DNA from: Tubiluchus corallicola
Lineage: Eukaryota; Animalia; Priapulida
Assembly (NCBI GenBank): GCA_030141605.1
Contig: JAQGDQ010000023.1
Span: 682,001-746,000, forward strand
Length of the DNA: 64,000 bases
Reading direction: 5' to 3'
The position numbers and the translations under genes are program-made. The notes beneath the pieces were generated by a model. The model searched no databases. It was not told the origin of the DNA and saw only the letters and a list, made by a program, of their open reading frames with translations. This document shows positions 53,241-64,000 of this stretch, piece after piece. Positions within the stretch are counted from its first letter, which is position 1; the number at the start of each line of letters is the position of its first letter.

Positions 53241-54607
53241 ATACTTACACATTTCAATTTCAGTTCTCTAGCTTCTCGTGTTTGGTATTTTGACCTTTAT
53301 GTTCAAGTTGTTATTATATCAGTCGCAATTGCATTATGACGCAGGAAATCGAAATATTCGAAGACTGCTGTTTTCTCTGTCACTGAGTGTCGCACACATC
53401 TCCGTGCTCAAAGCCAACTAAAGTCATGGCTGTCAGAATTAAACCGTGAAATGTCGATTTGCTGGTTTCATCATGTTGCATGTGCAGTTCGTTTTATGGA
53501 TGGCGTTTGTTCACTTTGTTGGCCTTTCAATATCTTATTCCAGTTTTGCTCTCCAAGGGTTTTTTAGTCTGATGTTTTAAAACGGCATTTACACGAGGTG
53601 GGCGATGAAACGGAATGCGGTGAATTTATTTTTCGGCTGTGTTCCTATGAAATGCAACTTCCTTGCAAAATGAACTGTGGACAGAAGGTTGTTTTAGGCA
53701 ATCTAGACCTTAATGAAATAGGCGCGAACTTGGAATCGCAGACAAAGAAGTTGCAGCTTTACAATATACTTCCGTACTCACTTCCGTTTTGTTATCTAAA
53801 ATAGAAGAAATACGGCACATTGGAGATAAGTGAATCCAAGTTGCAGTTTCTTGGCTCAATGGATATTTGTGCACGCGCTACCGTATTGAAGTTGACGTGG
53901 AACCGGAAGCTTTAGTGGATTGCTGCAGACGCTTTCAGAGAGGTGAAATCCATGCAACATCTTGATATAATAGGTGCTCCTGGGCTGCAGAAAGCAGACT
54001 TGGATCTTTCCGAAAACCAATATATTAAGTCCATTTTTATAATTTACACCGGTTTACATCATCATGTTAACAATTTTAAACTATATCTTGCTAAAAGACC
54101 GGATTCAACAAAAAGTGTCATCCTAAAAATGAAAGGTATATTCGCAATTCCTAGAAAATTTTAGTAACAAAACTATATTTTCAAATCTTTCTCCTGCATG
54201 TTTTTGGGAAAACTTTAAAAACACAAATTATAAGACAGGCCAACAATTAAGGTAAAACGAATTAACAGTCTAAGTGGAAAAACAAAGGGGTAGGCTTTAT
54301 GGGCAAAATTTGGCGTCAGACAACATAACTTTAGATATTAAAATCCAATTCTTTGTTCAGTTTTATCCTGAAGGCTGAAGCCCTGTTTTGCACCATATAG
54401 TACTAACTGTGTTTTTATTTAAATTAATTATGTTTTTATGTTCTGTCTTTTTTATAGAAAAGACATTTTATAGTGAATAGTTTGTGAAAAATCTCATTAA
54501 TTATATTTAGGCCTACAGTTTGTTTATTACTGTTTTGCTTGCATGTCCTTTTGTTCATTAATTCCATTTTATTAGGCTTTATAATTAAAATTTTGCCCTA
54601 ACAAAAT

Positions 54608-55925
54608 CTTACTGTTTTTCAGCCGGTGTTAAAATTCTTATTATTAAGATTTAAAAAAACTTACTGTTTTTCATTGAGTTATTATTAATATTTTGCTACA
54701 TTACTGTTTTTCATCCGGTTATCATTACTCATATTATTTATTATTTATTCTCGCTTTAACGCTTAATAGCTCTTAAGCCTTGCAAGCTAAGGTCACCAAA
54801 CTCACAGAGTGCGTATCCCTGGGCGAGAGACGTACAACAGCGTGTTGACCGCTGACCACTGGTCAGGGGCAAAGGGCATGGGCGTTAGTCAGTTTTTCCT
54901 TGATTGAACTCCCATTGCTTTCGTTTTTTTCCATTTTTTCACAAGTATTTGGGTACTGTGGTGTAGATGTGCACCTGGGGTTTTAAAAAGCTGACAAGCC
55001 TTAGACGCCCAAGTGAGGGGCCAAAATGCAAAATTTGGGTCCCTAAATTGGTGACCTTTTGCATGCTGAAGGCTAGAGATACAAAACCCACAGAGTACAT
55101 TCAGGGCAATGGTATCTACGTATTCATGTCACCCGAGTTGCCGGGTGAAAGGTCACGGAGCAGTCATTTCTTCATTTATTTTCTTTAGGATCTATCTGCT
55201 CCCATAGTTTTTGAGCTAGGGCCACAATATTTGGTATATAGTTAGGCGGGGCCAAGTTGTTGGACATGTCAGAATATGGGTAATACGGAGGGAGAAAATT
55301 TTCCTCTAAGGGGGAAAAACCGAAAAATGGAGGTTGGGAACAGAAATGCATCGAGTGTCTACGAATAGTACCATGTAGCACATCAAATGAAAGGTACTGA
55401 CGAGACGAATCGAATAGTATAGGTTACAATGAGAATCGTTAATCCACGACCCTGCTAGGAGGCAAAATAGGGGTCGAGGAGACAAATGCCTTCCAGTGTC
55501 GACCGGAAGTAGCTTGTAGCATATCAAATGAAAGGTCTCGATGGGGCAAACCGAATGGTATAAGTTATGCCGAAACTAGTTGGTCTTTGACCCCAGTAGG
55601 GGTCAGGAACAGAAATTAATCGAGTGTCTAACGAATAGTACCATGTAACATATCAAATGAAAGGTCTTGATGAGGCGAATCGAATGGTATAGGTTACAGT
55701 GTGAGTCGGTAACCTGTGTCCTTATTAGGGGAAAAAAGAATTCGAAGAGACAAATGCTTTCCAGGGTCTACCAAAAGTATTCCAGGATCTAGCATGCATG
55801 TTGTATATCAAATGAAAGGTCTCAATGGGACAAACTGAATGATAAGAGTTTTGCCGAGATTAGTTGGCTTTAGACTCGTGGTTGATGGGCTGAGGTTTCA
55901 TTGTGAAATGCACTTCCCATGTATT
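54608..55925 (+). mobile_element. Non-autonomous repeat with internal ABAB subrepeats (Helentron/HINE-like)
   Basis: Three TTACTGTTTTTCA units and an (ATT) tract at the 5' end. Four ATCAAATGAAAGGT cores at ~55382, 55523, 55652 and 55807 alternate in A/B form. Family assignment is tentative. Confidence 0.5.
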
Positions 55926-56579
55926 CAAGCAAGGTGAATTCAATAAAAGAAAATAAACTGTTTCAAGAAAAACTGTCATTTCTTCACTTTTAAGGCTCAA
56001 ATTTATAACAATAGTTGCAAAATCTTCAGTTTCTGGCCACGTCAGAAACATTGTCAACTAGTACTAACATTCGTTTTTATTTTTTAAAGTTGCTAAAACA
56101 CTGCACAACCAGAAGCAAGGAGTTTATTTCGAAATTAGTCACATTTTAAACTATATATTTTAATTTATTTAGTAACGATAAATCTTCACAAATTACCCCC
56201 CTCCCCGCGCTAAGCCAGATTCAGATATGCGCACGTTTCAAGCGAATATCAGGGAGTTATTTCAATTGAATTTCAGTTAAATAATAATGTTTTTGAGTGT
56301 ATGGATAATTTGTGGTAAACTTGTTACTTGTAACTGTAATCATCGGCCGCATGCTACAGCATACGTCAGTGAGTATTTATAAGTTTTGTCATTTATTGTC
56401 AGAAAATAGGAAGTGGGAGATATCATACAAACCACGCATTTGTTAATGTGGTGAATAAATTTATAAATCGATGATTTTCGATATTTTGGTATGAAATCGC
56501 ATGCCTCCCTGATTTCATGAATAGAGTTACAAATGGTGCAATGGAACTCATTCAGCTGGTAAGCTCGAATTTAATGAGC

Positions 56580-57720
56580 TGTGACAGCGTAGGATGCAAG
56601 AAGTAAAATTTATCGTTTACGTAAGGACACTCTAGGATGCTCAGGATAATTAGCTAATATTAGGTTGAGACGGATGTACCGTTTATTATAAGCTATATGC
56701 ACAAGTTACTAGTAATTAACGAAAACTCTGCGAGGTCACTGTTTCTTGAAGAAAAGAGGACTGATGAGTTTTACGGGTTACAATGACTATGTCCTCCCAG
56801 CTGTCCAATAAATTTAAATGTTGCGTGCGACGTTGAAATCATGCAAGGTTATTACGAGGTTACTTCGATGAGATATAAGCCATGAGTTCGAATAACCCAG
56901 GGCTCGTTCCACCCGATCGTACTGGAAGAGACACGTGTGTGTGTGTGACAAATCACACAGGAGGGCTACTTGACAGAGGAGATTGGGACAAGTTGAGAAG
57001 TTCAGCGTAGACATCTTTCTGCGTTCCTAGGATAATCTAGGCACTGGACAACGAGAGTCTCATATCAACTATTGGAGTTGGCCAAATTGTACTGGGTACA
57101 TTGTGGTCAAATCCGCAGAGTTAAGTAATCTTAACACATTGGTAAACTGAGAATTAACTGTGCATATCTGTAGTTCGTATAAGTTCACATTGTACTATAG
57201 GATAAGTGTAGAGTACACCTTAGGTGATAGAATTGAAGAATTGTTCAGAGAGATACTTTTGGAAGCTATAAACTAGTTGTACGCGTCAAAAGCGCATAAG
57301 AACTAATCTTGTAAGCTATCTAGAAGCAGTAATTATTGTAAATCAATAAAGTAATTCTCTTTGACATTTAACGATTGAGTTAATGTATGATATTAGAGTG
57401 TTTAACTCAAGCAACACTATTTCCGATATACGAATATGATTAGTTCGCTTTGAATTAACTAGCGCTCATATTGCGGGAGCGTCGCTAGGAAACTTGAGGG
57501 AAATAGACCTTTTCTCACAACGCGAAGGTCAAGGTGAAGTTTAGATAAGACGATCATTGCTTGCTAGACTAATATCTAAAGCCCTCGGAGCCAGGTGAAG
57601 AATTCGCCTTATAGCAATTAGAAATTAAGCGGACATATTAAATTCAATCTATAAATCTATACGATATATAGATTTAAGTCACCTTACACTATACGATCAA
57701 GATTAACGGAAACATTAGGC
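56580..57720 (+). mobile_element. LTR-like repeat in the LRR pseudogene intron, relative of 37600-38810
   Basis: TATA-like GATATAAG at 56872, AATAAA at 57345, and CCTTATAGCAATT at 57607, which is the inverse of 37714-37726. Confidence 0.5.
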
Positions 57721-58711
57721 ATTTAAAATAAGAACGTGATATTAACGAGAACTAGTTTTTACAGTTTTCACGTTTTTGACATGTTTTTACGATAAGAAAC
57801 ACAGTACTTAAAACTGAACGCTTTCAGCTAGATTACGATATTTAGCAAAATGTTCAGTTTCTGACCTGCTGGCTAGTGACATACGGGATTTTCGTGTCTG
57901 TCTGTATAGTTAGTGTGGAGTAGTGATCCTGCTTCTCAATTTAATATCTTTATTCCTTCCAACTCATTACTTCGTTTAAAACCTCTCTTGTTACAGATGC
58001 CAAGTTTGTCTGCAACTGTGTAATGAAATGGATAGTTGAAGACAGAAAAATTCAGTCTAATTTCGACTGCGTCGAGATGGTGGTGATCCCAACAACCTCA
58101 GCACATTTTACTGCCCTCTAAATGAGACACGTCACCTCGCTGTCAAAAGTAGAGCCAGTCAGTCGACCAAGGAAGCCTCTCTTTTGCTCTCTTGTTCTTA
58201 TCTAGCTGCAAACAGATTAATTTTACCACTGACAACATCACCATTATTTTAATACATATGCTCCGCCGGCTCCAACATTTTTTTTGGGCTTTGTTAGAAT
58301 CCATACTTGTTATTCGACTTTAAATTCCTAAATAAATACGATCATGACCGTAACAAATTATTGTCAACAAACTTTTTTTTAAATTAAAAATAGAGATATT
58401 TGTAATACTGAAAGGTAAGCAAGTTTTCTATTTTGACGCCTGACTACGAGCTGTACCTGCCAGTTGACGTATCAAAACAATCAAAATTTCTGGACGTCTA
58501 TTTGATTACTCGTTTTATTTCATTTCAGTGAATCACAGAACAGCACACATGCAACAATTTGAAAATAAACAAAAATAAATAAAAAATAAATCTTTTAAAA
58601 ATGTCGATTAAAATTTATGTTTATTTTTGCGGTTAAAAGTAGCTCTAATTTCGAAGTAGGAGAATGAAGTTTACCATAACCATTTGAATAATTTTTATAG
58701 TCCTTATCGCA

Positions 58712-58828
58712 AACGTGTACCAGTCCAACACCTGTTAAACATGTACCAGTCTAGCACCAGTTGAACGTGTACTAGTCTAACGCCTGTTGCACGTGTACCA
58801 CTTTAACACCTGCTGAACGTATACCAGT
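58712..58828. repeat. 26-bp minisatellite, 4.5 copies, overlapping the lipase stop codon
   Basis: Approximate unit AACGTGTACCAGTCTAACACCTGTTG. Confidence 0.9.
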
Positions 58829-61800
58829 TACCAGATTGCAGATCACCACCGGGACTACAGAAATCGACTCTGTTAGAAATAAAAAATAGAACAATACAAC
58901 AAAACTTAAATATTTTATATGAAGGCTGTCACCTCTAAGTTATACATAATTTTATTTGTACAAACACTAGGGGAGAGCATTCTCTACCAGAAAGCGAAAT
59001 CGAATCTAATTTGTGACTTTCGAATTCGATTCGAATGTTCGAACCCGAACATTCAATGCTCACCCTTAATAAAAAAATGTATAATGTTGTTTTGGTACAT
59101 GGTGTGCTTTCGACCAAAATAGGAAGTTACACAATTGTAGTGCTAATATGAGGTACAATAACTTTCTCAAATTTAATAGAGCTCTTTCACTCATGTGAAC
59201 TTTCATAAAACCTGATCTAAATTCTAGAGTGGCGCTCTAGTCACCACTGATGTGATCTTCGTAATTGTAATGATATTGTCAATACTATTATCGCTACAGC
59301 TTGCCAAAACTGTTGCCACTATCATCATCATCATCGCTATTATCAGCGTATAATTTATGGAAAAGAGGTCGTTGAGGCGGTCTCCTTTTTGCAGACGCGG
59401 CAGCAGCCATACGGAAAGGAAGATCAGCTTGGTTTAGTTGACCAATAACTCTCCTTAGTCCCTACAAACTTTCCCTACAGTATTTCTGGCCATATGACAA
59501 AGTTTACTTTGTTAAATTTAATTTAGAGCGAAAATAAAGGCCAAAACTAGTTCTTGTTGACTACTAACGTTTCCCTCATGAAGCAACGGCATGGTTTTCG
59601 TAGAGTATAAAATGTCAGTAATATTTTAATGCTTTCCAACCAGTCTGAATTGCACTGGCAATTGATCAAGCTTCCTAGAATTAATTTTAGATACATTCAT
59701 TAATTGTTACTACATTTGACACTTACGTAAGCTGTGTTTCACCAGTTGTTATGGTAACCCTGTCGAGAAGAATTTTTGGATTATAGAAGATTGGCCATTC
59801 CCATGGTTTCCACAAATCATAGTTCGCTTGCCAGCTGAGGCTTAGTTGACTCAAACTTCCCACATTTTCTGGATGGCTTCCTATCATAGTGTAAGTTTGC
59901 CCGGCACTCCAGGTCATATCACTGATAACACGTTAATTAATATTACATACTCAAAAAATTATAACTGCCTTTCAAGATTTATCCATACGTTTATGCAATT
60001 TTACTTTATATACCTATCACTTTTCTAGGCTAAACCAAGAAACGCTAAAAAAGTTCGTGGATCTTTTGAGTTAACTTACTCGTCAATTCTTTTTTTCAAC
60101 ATTACCATTGCTGTGGGCGTAACAGAATCAGATACTAGATGCTGAGACCAGCACGCCAATGAGTTAACACGCAACTAGTTTCGTTAAAGAATATTTTTCA
60201 GGCTGCATTATTTGCCTTCTCGCTTAAATGCATCGCAGTGGACCACACAGATATTTATTCTAGTAAGGCTGCTCATCATGTTCGCCAAACTCTTGGGCTA
60301 TCAGTATTGTATTGAGTCTGGACTGTGGCTCTAGCTCGATGCTATTTTAATTCCGAAGCTCCTTATTGAGGATAATCTATAACCTCAGATTATAAGGCAC
60401 GAAATGCTTCTTTATCGTATGATGTTATAAAACATTTATTGAACAGCATGTAAAATCTAGTTGTTTCATAAATACAGCGTTTCATAAATACAGCTATCAT
60501 GTACTAATATGTAATGCTAAAACGTAGTTAGGCCGTTTATGATATGTAACGTATTAGACTTTGTAACGTCTTTGATTTACTAATGTACTAATACTACAAG
60601 TACTAATTGTTGATTATCACCTGTGCATTGTTATTATTGTAACGGATCCGTCTCCTCAGAATGTATAGAGCGGCATACAAGTTATAAAGTACTACAGCAG
60701 ACGAGAAAAGTAAAAAGATCCGGAATGCGAGTGTAAATTAAACTATATTGCACAACCGGTAACTCCAAAAGAATGACATGTGAACAGACTTTGGTATAAA
60801 AATCAGCAAACCTACAGCATTCACCCTTACAGACAGAAAGGCCAGATTGGAATCGTCAAATCACGGCATGCATTCTGTTTTATACAGGTACATTTGCATT
60901 ACTGGGCTTCTCTACTATTCCCATTACTAACATTATGGGGTTAGTCAAAACCCGTCTTCGTAACACTATCATCATGTAAATGTGAATTGTAACAATTATG
61001 CGCATTTTTAAATCACTTTTTGTTTGTTTTTCTCCCAGGTACACAATACAACAATGTAGAAAGCAGCATTAATCATACCTAGCCGAAATGTATATTTGGT
61101 CTCGAAATAAAGTTTAAGTTTTTAAATTCATGGCAAAATTTTAGGAAATTTAAGTTTAGTCTAATCTCTCACTCCTTTCACACTAATAAAACTTCAGAAA
61201 TTTAATTCACTTAGTTTCCGACACTAGAATTTGAAAATAAAATAACTGGTAAAATCAGAAAATAGGGTTGCTACGTACTTTCCCATCCTGGTTTGTGACG
61301 ACGAGCCTCCTGATCCGATAAAGATGATATTGAAATAGCCACTGGCACTGGAGCTGCCACTGGAGAATCTCACTGACGCTTGTTGATGCCATTCTGCAAG
61401 CAACGAAAAAACGCTTGTGTATAATTTTTATTTTGAACTGTGTGGGAGAAAGATAGCAAGGTTTCTACAAGCTTAAGTATTCTGCATGGGCAGTGGAGAG
61501 GCGAGCATTGTAAATAAATCACTGCTCTCTTGGAATGTTCTCATGACACTGCGTGGACGAATGTGTTTCTTTGGCATTCCTTACTGCCAATCAGTGCCCG
61601 GCAGACCTCGCGCAGAGAAAAAATAGTTTTTTTTAAATAAAATCTCTCATTGAAAGTTGAATACTTCAGTGAATACTTAAGATTTGTGATTGCTTAGAAA
61701 AGTAAGTTAAGCAACGCTCAGGTTGGATAGTAAATAAATTGGTGACACTCTGAGAAATGTATTGGCTGGTTACGGCTATTTATCTTGTTCAGATTAGTTG

Positions 61801-63752
61801 GTTCGTTTGTTGTTTGATTGGTCGGTTGGTCCATTGATTGGTATTGTTGGTTTGTCGCCAGCCAACCTACCGGCAAGCTACTCATTCAGTCTGTTAGTCG
61901 TTCAGTCAGTTAGCCACTTAGTGAGTCAGTTAGTGTATGCTTCATACGTCGTCTGCTCGTACTTTGTGCCTGCAGACAATCACTGATTTTGAGGTCTTTT
62001 ACTTTCATTGGGAATTATAGAAAGCGCCTTGTATAGGTGACTGGTTTTCTGTTTGCATGACTCATAGTCATGCTTCTCGTATTTGTTACGGATGGCAATA
62101 CTTACTTCCATATGGTTCGCTAGCATCAGTGTGCAGGTAAAACAAGAGGTTTTCATTATTTCCGGCATTGTATTGGTCAGCGTTCCATCCCATGGATGCG
62201 CAAGCGTCAGTTCCACACTTGATACACAATCCTGCACTAAACGTGTCGTAGTGATTGCACTTGTACGCACGATAAGAATGCGATGAACGAATGCTGTCCG
62301 TGAAGAACTGATATGCGCGACTATGGCTACAAACTACAAACAAAAAAAACATTATATTATAATAAAAATAAACATAAAAATACTACCTAAAATTATTGAT
62401 ACTTCTCTTTCTTTGTCTTTCGAAATGTGAGTGCAAGACGTGTCACTAGAAGATATTTTCGAAGCTACTTTAAAGGTGCTTTAGACGACTGAGAGAAAGA
62501 GAAATTTGAAGAAACGAATTGAGAGAATTAAGCATGAATATGGAAAATTGGAGCGATGATAGAAAGAAATAAAGAACAGTGGAGAAAATGTAAGATATTC
62601 AAAAATGTATACCTCCTCGTTCAACGTCGCCATTTGTGTAGTCACCAGCGTAAAACTGCTCAGCATTGTCACTAAGACCACACCCAGGTTGATTGGTGCC
62701 TCCGTTAGGATAAAAATCAACGTGACCTACAGGCTGGTTAATACCAGTACCTAAAATACAGGACTACATTGTCAGCCAATTACTGTATAATTTCTTAAAA
62801 AATCGGGAAACCCACAAATATTAATTAATTATTTATTTAACTAAGTAATCGTACATCTAAAGAAGCACTTTACCAAATAATAGACCTGCACGGACAAGAG
62901 AAATCTACTGTCATACAAAAGCGTATGATTAAAACGCAGTGCAGAATTTCACTGCAAGGAAAGTGATGCTCCCACCAAACATACGTTACCGAGTGTTATA
63001 TGGCTGTCAGTGTGTAAAACATCCACAAATCTAGCATCTGTAGGATCTAATCTGGCTAACGGGTTGTTGCCTTCAAAGGACGGGCCGGCTGGATCCATTC
63101 CTATTTACAAAACACAAAACATGTCGTTAGGCAAAAACGATTTATTGGGCTACTCGTTTACGAAGTAGCTGTATAAAGCCGTCTATTTCGTCGTAATGCT
63201 GTTCTCATTCCCGTTTAAGTTGTTCATGTGATACGTTTTCACCCATTTTGCCAATTTTTATGCTGTGACGTCACAGTAATTTTTTGTGCCTTAAATCTTT
63301 ACAATAAAACACATTCATAGCAATGACAAGCGGGGTATTCATAAAGAAGCGAAATCATAACAACAGCAAATGCCATTTTATATGACATATGCAGGCAGAT
63401 GGGTAGAAAAAACTCAATAAGGGAAATACTCGCCTTCTGATTTACAATTAGGCGCAATCATTCACTGTTTGTAAGAAGTTACAGTAGAATTTTGTTTTAT
63501 AGATGTACATAACTAAACTTTATTACCAGACCTTATCGTACGCCTTCAAGTTGTTCGTTTGACATCGTGTAAATTTTATCTTCGTAAGCCTATTACAATA
63601 ATTAGTCTAGTACATTAATTATAAGTAACTGCTACTTTTACACCTGTTATACGGCCCATGTTAGTAATTCTTTCACCAGCATACCCAGCAACGTGTCCAC
63701 CTAGACTGTGTCCAATTACGTGAAAATCTGCAGGGTTAGCACCAAATGAATT
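58803..63752 (-). CDS. Pancreatic lipase family (PNLIP/PLRP-like) with PLAT domain; 5'-partial, last 7 exons
   Basis: Exons 63644-63752, 62990-63100, 62613-62750, 62106-62333, 61279-61393, 59727-59921, 58803-58869, phase-consistent. Catalytic GHSLG, GMDPAGP and CSH; also [26 protein letters not shown] and the terminal FCS...C-stop. Confidence 0.93.
60638..60965. mobile_element. Solo LTR (Gypsy-like, 328 bp) in a lipase intron
   Basis: TGTAACGGA...TTCGTAACA inverted ends, flanked by TTAT / CTAT (4-bp TSD with one mismatch). Confidence 0.55.
61695..61760 (+). mobile_element. Degenerate 5S-rRNA-like (SINE3-type) fragment
   Basis: AAGTTAAGCAACGCTCAGGTTGGATAGTA...TGGTGAC resembles the 5S internal control region. 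It is followed by a GTTG/GTCA low-complexity tract. Confidence 0.3.
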
Positions 63753-64000
63753 CTACAAGGAAACAGAGGCATATTGCAGAAATAGAAACCATACTAATAT
63801 ATTGTTGAACAGAAATAAAGTATAAGAATAAAGAAAGCTCATATGGAAATATTTCAAGCAACTGTGAGCGCAAAATGCAAGCAACGCAATAGAAATAATG
63901 ACTATAATATACTTTTTTGAAAAATTCCGTATAAAAAATCGTGTTTAATTAAGACAATTTTAATAGGCTGGTGTACCCGAAGCAAAGAAAGTTTGTTTCT

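Larger units (their letters stand above)
53473..58252 (+). pseudogene. Two-exon extracellular leucine-rich-repeat protein pseudogene (signal peptide, LRRs, LRRCT)
   Basis: Exon 1 ~53473-54135: signal-like MLHVQFVLWMAFVHFVGLSIS, a frameshift at ~53566, TAG at 53802 and ~53913, and the LRR LKLTWNRKL*WIAADAFREVKSMQHLDI. A phase-1 intron (54136-57996) joins to DAKFVCNCVMKWI (LRRCT). A second frameshift at ~58070 leads to NLSTFYCP and a hydrophobic tail. Confidence 0.72.

Noticed and set aside
53802-53915. Two in-frame TAGs in the LRR exon as stop-codon reassignment or readthrough
   Set aside because: DCTN2 and the Ly6 gene both terminate at TAG, and the LRR gene also has frameshifts.
56755-56800. 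CTGATGAG flanked by GAGGAC/GTCCTC as a hammerhead ribozyme
   Set aside because: No GAAA box or stem II, and it is not conserved in the related 38-kb copy.
58712-58828. CRISPR-like array (also considered for the 55.3-55.9 kb repeats)
   Set aside because: Contiguous units without unique spacers, no cas genes, and the context is eukaryotic.
59620-59675. Alternative lipase terminal exon after a ~50-nt intron
   Set aside because: It lacks the FCS...C terminus; the exon at 58803-58869 fits both phase and motif.

Overview
AT-rich, intron-containing animal (invertebrate-like) genomic DNA, not prokaryotic. I spliced five genes by hand from GT-AG sites and exon phase: DCTN2/dynamitin (minus, 6 coding exons, 402 aa); a GPI-anchored Ly6/uPAR three-finger protein resembling Drosophila crimpled (minus, 4 exons, 170 aa); an intronless ARMC3 (plus, 825 aa) with an RFX X-box and forkhead site upstream; a clan-2 cytochrome P450 (plus, 5 exons, 499 aa); and the 3' seven exons of a pancreatic-lipase-family gene (minus, its 5' part lies beyond the window). 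There is also a partial duplicate of the Ly6 gene and a decayed two-exon LRR pseudogene that the ORF track shows only as fragments. The rest is dense with transposon debris: RTE- and CR1/L2-type LINEs, Harbinger, hAT and TTAA-targeting DNA elements with visible TIRs and target-site duplications, LTR-like relics, SINEs and tandem duplications. I found no clearly new biological system. The most notable observations are reciprocal filled/empty insertion sites in the Ly6 duplicate, a minisatellite built from the lipase stop-codon region, a candidate internal first exon in DCTN2, the intronless ARMC3 and a P450 lacking the I-helix acid. Family assignments come from remembered motifs, not database searches.
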